64,000 bases of DNA from Geosiphon pyriformis uo1 (lineage: Eukaryota > Fungi > Glomeromycota). Under the pieces are notes generated by a model. That model made no database searches. It was not told the DNA's origin and worked only from the letters and a program-made list of their open reading frames with translations. A program made the translations under genes and the position numbers. Below, in pieces: positions 34,560 to 47,549 of this stretch. The stretch lies in the NCBI GenBank assembly GCA_016748015.1, contig JAAOMT010000617.1:566635-630634 (forward strand). Reading direction: 5' to 3'. Each line of letters starts with the position of its first letter. The stretch's first letter is position 1.

Positions 34560-37500
34560 TTATACTTGATTTTTGCTGATTATTTGAGTCAGTATTACCA
34601 CAACAGACAACCAATCAGGTCGTTTATGATATTTCTTGAGTCATGTACCATAAACAGGATAATTATTAAAGATTGTTCTGAATTGATCTTGAAGAATATA
34701 AGAACCATTGTTCAAAACTTTGTTGACTATAAAGAGTCTTTTCCACTGGCTAAAAAATTTATTACCATAAATATTGTCTCTGTCTGAACAGTATTTTAGT
34801 ACCAAATTACCAACACTTAAAGAAAGTGTTTTAGAAGTTTTCTTTTTCTTAAGCTTTTCTTGAAACTGTTTTATCTTTTCAAAAGCAATTATTTGTGTTT
34901 CTACCAAGGAGTCAAGAATGGTACCAAGTTTTCTTTGCAAAATGTCTTTGTAATTCTCTATTGTGATCTTTTCAAAGAGTATTGTTTCAATATCAGTTTC
35001 TATTGGTAGTGTTGCCATGCATCCATAGAGCAGATAAAAAGGTTCATAACTTGTTATGTCATAATTCACAGTTCTATAAGCAAACAAAGCTGAAGGCAGT
35101 ACTTTGTCCTATAAGTTTGTTTCTTCACTGGTTTTGGCTAGGGTTTCACATAATGTTCTATTGAAATGTTCCACTAGGCCATTTGTTTGAGAATAATAAG
35201 GAGAGAAAAATTTATGACATATTTCCATTTTTCTACAAAGTTCTTCAACCAATGTACTGAGAAAAGCTCTTCCTCTATCAGATAAAAGTTCTTTGTGACA
35301 GCCATGATGGCAGATGATATCTTCATAAATGAAATTGGCTATTAAGACTGTTGTTTGGTCTGGAGTGGCTCTCGTTTCTACCCACTTTGTGAGATAGTTG
35401 GTAACTATAATAATGTATCTGTTGCCATTAGGGATTATTGTTAAAGGTCCAACAACATCTATACCAATTCTGTCAAATGGTTGACCAACAAAGATTGGAT
35501 GAATATCTTTTTTTTATTGGGTTTGCTTCTTTTTTGGCAGATGTTACAGGTTTTGATGTATTCAGCAATGTTTTTTCCCAAGATAGGCCAATAATAGTGA
35601 GCTAAAGTTTTCTGTATTGTCTTTGTTTTTCTAAAATGTCTAACTAATAGATCAGTATGCATGTTGTATATTACAATTTCTTTTTCTTCAAATCTTATAA
35701 CTCTTTGGGAGCAGTCAGGATATTTTCTGTTTCTTTTGTATAATTGGTTCTGGTAGATCAAATAGAAATTTGATTGTTTATGTAAATGTTCTCTTTGTTG
35801 TCAAATGTAGTCTGGTGGGTATTGTCCTTTACCCAAAAATTCTATTAGGGCAGAATAGTTGTCCATGTCCATTATTATGTTTGTTTATGAGAGAATTACC
35901 AATAATTAAGTTGGTTTGGTTTGAGAAGTTGTACTGTTACTGGATGGTAAGTCTAGAGAGAGCATTGGCATTTTGATGATTAGCTTTTTTGTGGTGTTGA
36001 ATATTATAGTCGAATTTATCTAGATGAAGTATCCAGTGAGTTATCCATTTATGTTCCAGATTCTTTTTATTGTGCAGCCAAACCAAGGCTTGATGATTTG
36101 TTACTACCAGGAATTTGGCACCAAGAAAATATTGGTTCTAATAGCTAGTAGCCCAGACTACTGCTAAGCATTCTTGTTCAGTTACTGAATAGTTCTTTTC
36201 TGCTGGTACGAGAGATCTACTGGCATATGCTATAGTATGTTCTCTGCCATTTTCATCTTTTTGTGAGAGTACAGTACCAAGTCCATAACCAGATGCATCA
36301 GTGTGGAGGATAAAAGATTGGTTCAGATCAGATTGCTTAAGGATTGGTTCAGTAACAAGTTTTTCCTTCAGGATTTCAAAGGCTTTTTGCTGGTGTGTCC
36401 CAGTTATAATTGACATTTTTCTTGAGTAGTTGGTTGAGAGAAAAAGCAATTTTGGAGAAATCCTTGATGAATTTGCGATAGTAAGAAGCCAAACCAAGGA
36501 AAAAGTGTAGTTCAGGAACATTTATTGGTTGTTTAATATTTTGAACTTTTTCAACTTTGGCTGGGTCAGGGAAGATTCCATCTTTTGTAATAAAATGACC
36601 AAGAAACTGGGTGGATTGGCATCCAAAGAAAGATTTGATTGGGTTGATCTTAAGGCCAGCATTCCTGAGCAGGTCAAAAACCTTTTGCAAATGTTCAAGG
36701 TGTCCATCCCAGGTTTTTGAATATACCATTATGTTGTCCAAGTAAACCAGAACAAAGTTTTCTTTTACTGATTCAAACACTTTATCCATTAGGCATTGAA
36801 AGGTAAGAGGAGCAATAGTGAGACCAAAAGACATAACTGTGAATTCATAGGTGCTATACTTGGTAATGAAAGCAGTTTTTTTTCTGCTTTCTGGATTCAT
36901 TTTTACTTGCCAGAATCCAGCAGTTAAGTCAATAGTTGAGAAGAAAGCAGTACCATTGAATTTGTCTAGCATTGCATTAATTTTGGGGAGTGGGTATATG
37001 TCTCTTATAGTAATGGCATTTAATTAGTGGTAGTCAACACAGAAGCATAAGGTTCCATCTTTTTTGGATACCACTACAACTGGGAAAGCCCATTTACTCT
37101 TAGTTTCTTGTATGAATCCAAGATCTTTTATCCTGTTTATCTCTTTCTTGATAAACTCATCATTATGATGATTGGATTAATAAGGCTTCAAATAGATGGG
37201 GCGAGTGTTTTTGGTGGTGATAGTGTGTTGTATTACATGGGTTTATCCAGAGGTATCACCTTCTTTTGAGATAACTGGACTGTTTCTAGCCAATAGGTTT
37301 TCAATATCTATTTTTCTTTCTTCTGGGGAAGGTTTTTTTTGTTCTACAACAAATGATTAGATCTCAGGTGGTTCATTCTCAAAGGACTTCTGTACTTCTT
37401 TTATTTCTTCCCTGAATATTAAACTGATTGGTTCCCAATCTTTGTAATAGATTAGGCAGGATTTGCATTCATCACTTGGCAAATACAAAGGTTTATTGCA

Positions 37501-38625
37501 CCAGTATCTGACACAAAGGCCATGCCACCAATAGCTGTATTTGGCTTTTTTGTCAGGCTTTTGGTTAAAGATTCTTCTAAGGATATCATAATAGGGCTAG
37601 CAGATCAGCTTTCTATTTACCATTCCTTTTTTATCTGCTTTAACATTATCTAATAGTTTGTCATTGTTGGTAAAGATGATGTAGGCAAGTTCAGCAGTTT
37701 TTTTTTGTTCTTCTTGTTCATCTTTTTTATTACTTTCTTTGTCATCTGACTCATCTGATTGCTCTTCTTCTTGGCTTTGTTTGGGTACTGGAGAAGTTGT
37801 CCAATAGCAACACTTAACCACAATAGGTTTTTTACTACATCTGATGGTTAATTCACAAAGTTCATAATCAAGCAAGGCTTTTGCTTTCTTGAGCCATTTA
37901 TTGCCAACTATTATAGTGTATTCTTTTGCTTCAGATACTTCCATGTCAGTTTTAATACTGATGCCATTGATTCAGACAAGAACAGCTTTGGCTATGCCCA
38001 GACCTTTTTTCTTGTCACCATGTATGTTAGTCATTGGTCATGTGGATGGTTCATCAATCTTTCTGCCAATTGCTTTTAAGAAGTGTTTGGCAATGATGCT
38101 AACAGATGATCTACTATCCAGGATTAGATCAATGAAGTAACCAGCCACTTGGGCCTTACAAATGAGAAGTGTGACATTGCTGTTGTCAGCAAGTCCAGCT
38201 TGGTGTGGACATTTGTTGGTCTTTGGTGTCTTTTTCTTTAGTATCAATGATTTACAAAGATTTTTTCTGAATTGTGGATGAGTTATTAGTTGGCCAAATG
38301 TAATGTGTGCTGGGGTTTCCATGAGATCTTTAACAACAGAATAGGATCCAGATTTTTGTACAATTTCTGGGAGTTCCAACTTTGGAGAATTCTTGAAAAC
38401 TTTGGCTTTTGGTGGTTCATTGTTATCAGCTGTTGATGTGAAAGCTTTATTGAGATCCAGTATAAAATCAATCTTGGCTTTCTTCTTCTTTCTGATTGAT
38501 TCTAAGGTATTGATTGCCAGTTCGTCTATGTAATGGTTATTATCAGTTAAGTTGAAAGTGAAAAAGGGGTTTTCTTCTGTTTGGCTTGTACTCTCACTCT
38601 TTGGAGGTGTGCCTACCAGTTTAAA
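34560..38625 (-). pseudogene. pol: Gy-E pol
   Basis: ORFs 38038-38379 (PR), 36376-36972 (RT), 36138-36521 (RH, LHTDASGYGLG), 35459-35761 and 34641-35087 (IN). Confidence 0.9.
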
Positions 38626-40166
38626 GGCTGATAAACTGTGGCTTTCACTAGGGGATCCTCTCCAAAAAAATTGATGTTGGCATGATTAGGTCTTTGATTA
38701 GGAGCATTGTTGTTGATAGGTCTGTTGTTTTGATTGTTATTGTTTCTGGGAACTGGAAGGGGCAAGGAAAAATTGTTGCAATCTCTTGAGAAGTGTCCAG
38801 TTAATTCACAATGGTAACATACAGGTGGGCCACGATTTTGTTGTTTTTGATAAGGGAGCTGTTGGGGCTGATTAAAGCATGGCTTAAATCTAGGTCAAAG
38901 TGGTTGTTGATTTTCTCTGACTGCTTGGGCTAAGGGTTCCAATAGCCAAGCAAGATTGGCTGTAAGTCTATCTATTAATTGTCCATTGGGATCTTAAGTC
39001 TGAGCAGTAAAAAAGGTAGCAGCCAATTGGGGAGTAAAAACCAAAATAAGAGCAGGAGTGAAGACTGGAAGTGTAAATCCCAAATGCATTCTTTAGTTAT
39101 TTTCAATTCTTTGAGCTAATTCAATGGCCATATCCATTGTAGGATTGTCTTTAAGGGCCAAAAGAGGCCAGAAAGCATATGATAGATCAGTTTTCAATCC
39201 TTTTGTGAAGGAGTGAATTTTTTGCTCTTCTGTCCAGTTTCTCCCAGAATCTACATGTTTGATTAGCTTTTTGATAGCTTTGGCATATTCAGTCACTACT
39301 TTTCTAGGGCCTTGAGTTCTTTTTTCCAGTTTTATGCACTATTTGAATATTAATATTGGGGTTCTGAATTTTGTTTTAAACCAGATAGTGAAAGAAATAT
39401 TGTCTTCTCTAGCATTTGCCAGTGCCCATCTAATGATTTTTTAATGAGCATTGGTATTGGTTTCTTATAAAAACCAAGTAGCAGGAGAGCCTTAGAGGTA
39501 GCCACCAACGATTTGGAACTTGTATTTATTATCATATTGGTTTGCTGTGGCAGCTCTCTCAAAATCATCCAGCCATTTGATTGGATTTTGGACATCACCT
39601 CTAAATAATAATAATGGGGTGTTGTTTCTTCACCCTAAAGCAGTCTGAATACTTTGAAGAGCAATCAGAATATTTTGTTGTAGAGGGTCTTGAGCTATTG
39701 GTTCAGATATAACCATTTGTGTAGAGTGTTCTGATTCACTTGAAAAGAGATCAAAAACAGGAGCAGTTTGATAACTTTCTTTTTTTGTTTCAAGAGGAGT
39801 TTCTGTTGATTGATGAGCAGCAATCCAAATGTGGATTTGATGATTCAGATATTCGAAATCAGGGTGTTAGTGTTCAAAGATAGTAGAATATAAGAGCTGA
39901 TTGATATTGTTGTTTCTTTCTTCAAAGTTGTCTTCAAAATAAGCTTAGTCAAAGTAATAGATTGTATAAGTTGCATAGGTTTCAGCTGAATGGTCATTCA
40001 AGAACCAGTTCCAAAAGTCTTGGAATTATCTGCTGGATTGTTCTTCAATGGGAAAGCAAATCAAGCAGAAGAGCAAAGGATTGAGTTTAATAAAGTCTAG
40101 ATTGTTTTTGTTGTGTGCTTTAAAGTGTTTTTTTGATTGTTGTGGCAGATATAAATAATCACCCAT
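38613..40166 (-). pseudogene. gag: Gy-E gag
   Basis: Homologous to 23872-25425; ORF 39093-39296. Confidence 0.85.
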
Positions 40167-42819
40167 ACAATAGTAAACAAAGTGAATTTTGACAACTTCA
40201 CAGGGAGTACCACTTTTATGTTATGAGTTGGAGTAACAAGCTAATAGATAGCAAAGGAGAACAGAATTATAGGGTGATGAAAAGAATCAAAAAAAATTCA
40301 ACTTTAAAGAGCAAATTAAATAAGTATGGATTCAATGTATGAGATCAGTTTCATAAAATATCTCAGTTGCTATGCTTTTCAAAAGGTAACTAGGGAATCT
40401 GAAGATAGAAGGATAGTCCATATTGTCAACAAATAATCACACTTAGTATAATTCTATGTCTTATGTTGGCGCTTTTAGAATTCAATATCAAGTATCAGAT
40501 GTGCTTTTCAGTTACGTTTTATTCAATAATCTCCAAATGTTGCAATTATACATATTCAGGAAAAGGGTAAGGAATAACCAACAAGTAATCTTTTATCTTT
40601 AAAATGTTCAGATACTTGAAAGTAGAGAAAGAGAAATTAGCGATAAGAAAAAGATTGAGATGAAGTTGTTATTTTATTTCTTTATTTCTTTGATTCTTAC
40701 ATGCTTTTCTATAGCTAAGAGATTTATTATTTATATAGCTGTCAAAAGTGATTAATGATCAGATCAACAACTAGGTCAATGATCAGGTCAATGATCAAGT
40801 CAATGATCAGGTTATTGATCATGTCAATGATCAGGTCAATAATCAGATCAATGATTAGGCATTAATCAAGTCAATGATTACTTACTAAAAATAGAGTGGC
40901 TAATTTATGTAACATCAGTGGCTAATACATGTGATAATTAATAAGAAGTATAAGTTTTAACTGTAACAGTATGAATCCAAGATCTTTCATCCAGTTTATC
41001 TCTTTCTTGATGAACTTATTATTGTGTTGATTGGATTGATTAGGTTTTAAATAGATGGGGCAAGTTTCTTTTGTGGTGATGGTGTGTTGTATCACATGAG
41101 TTCATCCAGGGGTATTACTTTCTTTTGAGATAACTGGGCTATTTCTAGCCAACAGATTTTCAATGTTCACTTTTTTTTTTTCAGAAGAAAGTTCTCTTTG
41201 TTCTTTAACTAGAAATTTGATTTCAGGTAGTTCATTTTCAAAGGACTTTTGTACTTCTTTTAGTTTTTTTCTGAGTATTAAACTAATTGGCTCCCAATCT
41301 TTGTAATAGATTAAGCAGAACTTATATTCATTACTAAGGGAATACAAGGGTTTATCACACCAGCACTTGGCACAAGGACCATGTCACCAATAACTGTATT
41401 TTGCTTTCTTGCCAGGTTTTCTATCAAAGGTTCTTCTAAGGATATCATAGTAGGGCCAGCAAATCAGCTTGTCATTTATCATGATTTCTTCTTTGTCAGC
41501 TTTAATATTGTCTAGTGGCTTGCCATTGCTGGTGAAGATAATATAGACAAGTTTAGCAGTTTTTTCTTGTTCTTCTTGATCTTTTTTTTCATCGCTCTCA
41601 TCATCATCTGATTCATCTGATTGTTTTTCTTCTTAGTTTTGCTTGGGTACTGGAGAAGTTTTTCAATGGCAACATTTAACCACAATGTGTTTTTCACTAC
41701 ATCTAATGATTAGCTCACAAAGTTCATAATCAAGTAGTGCTTTAGCTTTCTTAAGCCACTTATTGTCAACAATTATGGTGTACTCTTTTGCTTCAGATAC
41801 TTCCATATCAGTTTCAATGCTGATACCATTGATGCAAACAGAAATAGCTTTGGTTATACTCAGGCCTTTCTTTTTGTTATCATGTACATTGATCATTGGT
41901 CAAGTAGAAGGCTTATTAATCTTTCTGCCAATTGCTTTAAGAAAGTATTTGGCAATTACACTAACAGATAATTCACTGTCTAAAATTAGATCAATAAAGT
42001 AACCAGCCACTTGAGCTTTACAAATGAGAGGGGTAACATTACTGTTGTCAGCAAGTTTAACTTGGCATGGGTGTTTATTGGTTTTTGGTGTTTTCTTTTT
42101 TGGAATTAATGACTTGTGAAGATTTTTTTTAAACTGTAGATAGGTCATTAATTGGCCAAAAGTGATATGTATTGGGGTTTTCATAAGATTTTTAACAACA
42201 GAATAAGAGCCAGATTTTTGTACTATTTCTGGGGATTTCAACTTTGGAGAATTTTTAAAAACTTTAGCCTTTGGTGACTCATTGTTATTAGCAGTAGAGG
42301 TTGAGGCTTTGTTGGGATCTAGAACGAAATTAATCTTGGCATTTTTCTTCTTTCTTATCAAGTCAGAAGTGTTGATTGCCAGTTCATTCATATTATGGTT
42401 ATTATCAGTTAGATTAAAGGCAAAAAAGGGGTTTTCTTTTGGTTGGCTTGCACTCTCACCCTTTGGAGGTGCACCTACTAGTTTAAAGGCTGATAAACAG
42501 TGGCTTCAACTAAGGGATCTTCTTCAAAGAAATTGATGTTGGCATGATTAGGTTTTTGATTGGAAACATTGTTGTTAATGGTTCTGTTGTTTTGATTGTC
42601 ATAGTTTCTGGAAGCTGGAGATGGCAAAAGAGAATTGTTGCAATCTCTTAAGAAATGTTTAGTTAATTTACAGCAGTAGCACACAAGTGGGCCATAATTT
42701 TGCTCTCTTTGGTAAGAAGGCTGCTGAGGCTGATTAAAATGGGGTTCAAATCTGGGTCTTTGGGGTTGTTAATTTTTTCTGAGTGTTTGAGCTAAGGGTT
42801 CTAATAATTAGGCAAGATT

Positions 42820-45277
42820 TTTTTTTTTTGTTAATATGTAGCCATGCTGGTCATTTATTAGTTATGACCACAGTAATATAGCATTTTCATAAAGCCAGCT
42901 CACCCAATAATACAAAATCACAAGATGCAGCTAACCACAAGTGAAAAGCCTTAACTATACACTAATATTACTTTTGCTATCTAATGTATCAAACATATCT
43001 AATTTATACATCTTACCCATAATGCTAACAAGCTTATGACTATTTTTAACCATACCACTCATTCACTTAGCAGTCTGATTAGAACTGGATTTGATCCTGG
43101 AAGACTGATCTTCTCATAGGTGCATCATAACATCAAAGATATTATTATAAACTGAAAAGTCTTTATTATTATCATCATCATTAACATTATCAACCATGTT
43201 ATCAACATCTGATCTATTCTTCAAGCAGACTTATTCACATATTTTCTCAAGGTGTGTCATTCTTTTTTGCATTACAGTGGCAACAACAGCCAAGCCTTTA
43301 TTTTGCTTAGCCAATCCATCCACACATTTTTTAACTAACACATTCATGGTAAATGGAGTAGACAACAATTTGGTAACCAATGCAACCAGAGCACTAACAG
43401 ATTCAACTAAGAATTTTATCAACACAGATAGTTCACTAAGGTGGGATTCCAGAGAAGCCAACCTAGATTCAACAGCAGAATTGGAAGCAGAAAGAACAGT
43501 AGACAACATAGGTGTCACAGTTTTGGGAGGACCACCAAGATCCAAGTCCATATCAGCAGCACCAGCACCAGAAGGAACCACAAAAGCAGTAGTCTTGGCA
43601 TAAAATTTAGATCCAACAAATGAAGGTTTGAAATTTTTGGGGCCACCAAAGATGTTGAAAGGGAGTTTGAGTGGAAGAGGAGATAACTTCTTGTAGTCCA
43701 CAGCCAAATGATTCAAGTCTTAACATCTGTAGCAGTGACAATATTCAGAAATTTTCCACCAGATGTGACAATCATACAAGATACTAGTTTTTGACACAGC
43801 AACATTCAGAGATTCCAAGAAATCAAAGGTAACCACAGCAAAGCATTGACATCAATAAGATTCAGGGGAGTGAGGAATAAAACATGTATGGCCACCAACT
43901 TGGGAGACCAAATTACTTATTTCAAAGGCAGTACAACCAAATAGAAGATTGAACAACTTAGCTTTGAATGCATCTCTTGAGAAAATAACCTCCTTTTGGT
44001 TGGCAATAAAAAAAATCCTAATACTATCTTTTCTAACCAATACAGACCAGTTAGAGAGAACAGCAGCAGCAGAAGAAATGTCTTTAAAATTAACCACAGC
44101 ATATTGCCATAAGCCAGCAGACTTTAACTTAACAGAAGTGACAACACCAAAAATGCTAAGAGCAGCTTTGATGTCATCAGAAAAGATATATCACACAGTG
44201 CAACTGACAAAAAAGGGGAAATAACAGAGGCCACACCAGAAGACCATGCAATCTTAAGAGTAGTCAATAAAACCTTATCACTGATGGCCACTTTGGTGAC
44301 ACCATTTAGACTCTTCTGAGATGTAAATTCTACACAGAACAACTTGACAGCATCTCATGAAACTGATTTAAGCCCAATAAAACCAGGCAGTGACTGAAAC
44401 AAGGAACTAAGCAGAGCCATTTTGATCTTAAATGTAGCACCAGATACAAGATTGGAGGCCATCCAACCAAAGAATCTTTGATGACCATTCACATTCTCCT
44501 AAGCACTACCATCAGCAGCACCAGAAACTGGGGAAGGAACAGTTGATTCTATTTCCATCTGATCAGCACAATCTTTGAGATTATCTGGATTGATGGACTG
44601 TTTTGCTACTAGGATTGACAATGATCTTCCAGAGAGTACCTTATCAGGCAACACAGCCAGTGGTTGATCTTGGCTCATCTTAAGAGATGTGCTACTGCTG
44701 TTGTCATCCATATCAGGAAGAAGGCTGGCTGCTGCTGTAGAGATCTTACCAAAGATCTCATCTGGAACCACAAAAAAGTTTGGTGTGACTATAGCAGTTG
44801 TGACTGTCTGCTGCTGTTTTTTGGAATTTTTTGCTTTCATGGCCATTTGTAAAGCAGTAGTAGTAGAAATAGTAATGGGAGTGGTGAGAGCAGGAAAGAC
44901 CAACTTGTTGACTGGTCTGTTATTAAAAATCTTTGGGCTTTTAGAAACAGTAAAGACAACACTAAAACTAATCCAAATGTGTCTTTTAAAAGGAACTTTG
45001 ACTGGAAAACTACCAGCCAAAGATGAATAAAATGAACCAGAAGCTACTAAAGACAGCTTTTCACTACTATTTTTTAAAGGAAATATTGTCAGAACATTTT
45101 GTTTAGCTGCTTCAATAACAGAGAGACCCTCTTATGTTGAAACTTTATTAGTTACTATAGGAAAAGTAATGTTTGCAACTTTTTTACTCTTAACTCTATT
45201 CATGGTTATAAAAATTAGGAGAGAAAGAGTTTTATAATGTTTAGTACTGTTTTTATTTAGATCCAACTCAATTTCTC
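42820..45277 (-). mobile_element. H3: ORF1-only element (second subfamily) inserted in Gy-B gag
   Basis: Poly(T) at 42818-42829. TSD AG(G/A)CAAGATT at 42810-42819 and 45278-45287. ORF remnants at 42955-45208. Confidence 0.88.
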
Positions 45278-46525
45278 AGACAAGATTGGCTGTGAGTCTA
45301 TCTATTATTTTTTCATAGAAATCTGGAGTTTGGGCAGTAAAAAAAGTGACAACCATTTAAAAAACAGGAGCCATAATAGAAACAGGAGCAAAAACTAGAA
45401 GTGTAGATCCTAGGTGCATTTTTTGATTGTCTTCTATTCTCTAGACAAGTTTAATAGCCATATCCATTATGGGATTGTTTTTCAGTGCCAGGAGGGGCCA
45501 AAGAGCATAAAAAAGATCAGTTCTTAATCTTTTTGTAAAAGAATGAATCTTTTGCTCTTCTGTCCAGTTTTTTTTAGAATCTACTCACTTGATTAATTTT
45601 CTGATTGCTTTGGCATACTCAGTTACAATTTCACCAAAACTTTGGGTTCTTCTTTTTAATTCCATATGTCATTTAGATATTAAGATAAGAGTTCTAAATT
45701 TAGTTTCAAACTGGGTTGTGAAAGAAGTGTTTTCTTTTCTAGCATTTGTTGGTGCCCATCTAATGATTTTTTGGTGAGCACCAACATTAGTTTCTTGTGA
45801 AAACCAAGTAGCAAGAGAGCCTTGGAGGTAGCCACCAACAATTTGGAACTTGTATTCATTATCATATTGGTTGGCTGTGACAGCTCTTTCAAAATCATCC
45901 AACCATTCAATTAGATCTTGTGTATTGTCTCTGAATAATGGTAATAGAATATTGTTTCTTCGTCCTAAAGCAGTTTGTATATCTTGTAGGGCAATTAGAA
46001 TGTTTTGTTGTATGGGATCATTAGTCATTAGTTCAGGAGTAACTGTTTGTGTAGATGAATCTGATTTGCTTAATAAAAGGTCAAAAACAGGAACAGTTTG
46101 GTAGCTTTCTTCTTCTGTTTCAAAGGGAGTTTTAGTTGCTTGATGGGCAGCAATTCAAGTGTGGATTTGATGATTCAGATATTCGAAATCAGAGGGCTGT
46201 TGTTCAAAGATTGTGGAGTATAAAAGCTGATTGATACTGTTGTTTTTTTCTTCAAAGTTGTCTTTAAAATAAGCTTGGTCAAAGTAATAGGTTGTATAAG
46301 CTGTATAGGTTTTAGCTAAAACTTGTTTAAGAACCAGTTCTAAAAGTCTTGGAATTGTCTGCTGGATTGTTCTTTAATGGGGAAGCAAATTAAACAGAAA
46401 GGCAAAAGATTAAGTTGTTATGTGCTTCAAAATATTCTTCTGATTATTGTGACAGGTATGAATAATCACCCATACAATAGGAAACAGAGTGAATTTTGAC
46501 AACCTTACAGGAAGCACCACTTTTA

Positions 46526-47180
46526 TGTTACAGGTTGGAGTAACAAGCTAACGGATAGCAAGGGAGAACAGGATTGTAGGGTAATAGAAATAATCAAAGA
46601 GATTTCAACTTCAAAGAGCAAATTGAATAAGTATGAATTCAATGTGTAAGATCAGTCTCATAAAATATTTTAGTTGCTATACTTTTTAAAAGATAACTGG
46701 AAAATCTAAAGGTAGAGGAATAGTTCATACTGTCAACAAATGATTACACCTAATATAATTCTATGTCTTATGTTAGCACTCTTAAAATTCAATATCAGAT
46801 ATCAAATGTACTCTTCAGTTATGTTTTATTTAATAATCTTCAAATGCTGTAATTACACATTTTAGGAAAAAATAGGGAATAACCAACAAGTAATTTTTTA
46901 TCCCAAAATGTTCAGATATTTAAAGATAGGGAAAGAGAAATTTAGCAATAAAAGAATGATTGAAATAAAAGTTGTTATTTTATTTCTTTTTTTTCTTTGA
47001 TTCTTATATGCTTTTCTACAGTTAAGAGATTTATTATTTATATAGCTATTAAAAGTGGTCAATGATCAGGTCAATGACTAGATTAATGATCATTTTCTAA
47101 AAATAGAGTGGCTAATTTATATAATATTAGTGGCTAATACATGTAATAATTAATAAGAAGTATAAGTTTCAACCATAACA
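46526..47180 (-). repeat. Gy-B 5' LTR
   Basis: TGTTACAGG...CCATAACA on the + strand, adjacent to the reverse-complement PBS. Confidence 0.9.
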
Positions 47181-47549
47181 GTGTGTTGTATCACATAAGT
47201 ATGTCCAGAAGTATTATCTTTTTTTAAAATAACTGAACTGTTTTGAGCCAACAAATTTTCAATGTCTATTTTTTTTTTTTCTGAGAAAAGTTTTTTTTGC
47301 TCTATTATTAATGACTGTATCTCTGATGGTTTATTCTCAAAAAACTTTTGTACTTCTTTTATTTCATCTTGAAATATTAAATTGATTGGTTCCCAATCTT
47401 TGTAATAGATCAGACAGGATTTGTATTTATTACTGAGAGAATACAATAGCTTATTACACCAATACTGGATACAAAAACCATGTTACTAATAACTGTATTT
47501 GGCTTTCTTGTCAGACTTTCTGTCAAAAGTTATTTTAAGTATGTCATAG
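47181..47549 (-). mobile_element. Gy-A: short exposed piece of an older gypsy copy (PR-RT linker), host to Gy-B and Gy-F
   Basis: ORF 47150-47446 (SCLIYYKDWEPI...VIQHT), bounded on both sides by LTR termini. Confidence 0.8.

Larger units (their letters stand above)
33142..40968 (-). mobile_element. Gy-E: full-length Ty3/gypsy element inserted in the RT of Gy-B
   Basis: LTRs at 33142-33892 and 40219-40968. TSD GTAT at 33138-33141 and 40969-40972. Confidence 0.95.
31357..47180 (-). mobile_element. Gy-B: gypsy copy from 5' LTR to mid-integrase, interrupted by Gy-E and H3; remainder displaced left of the window
   Basis: IN/RH/RT at 31357-33141, PR and gag at 40973-42819 and 45288-46470, PBS at 46501-46519, 5' LTR at 46526-47180. 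Confidence 0.88.
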
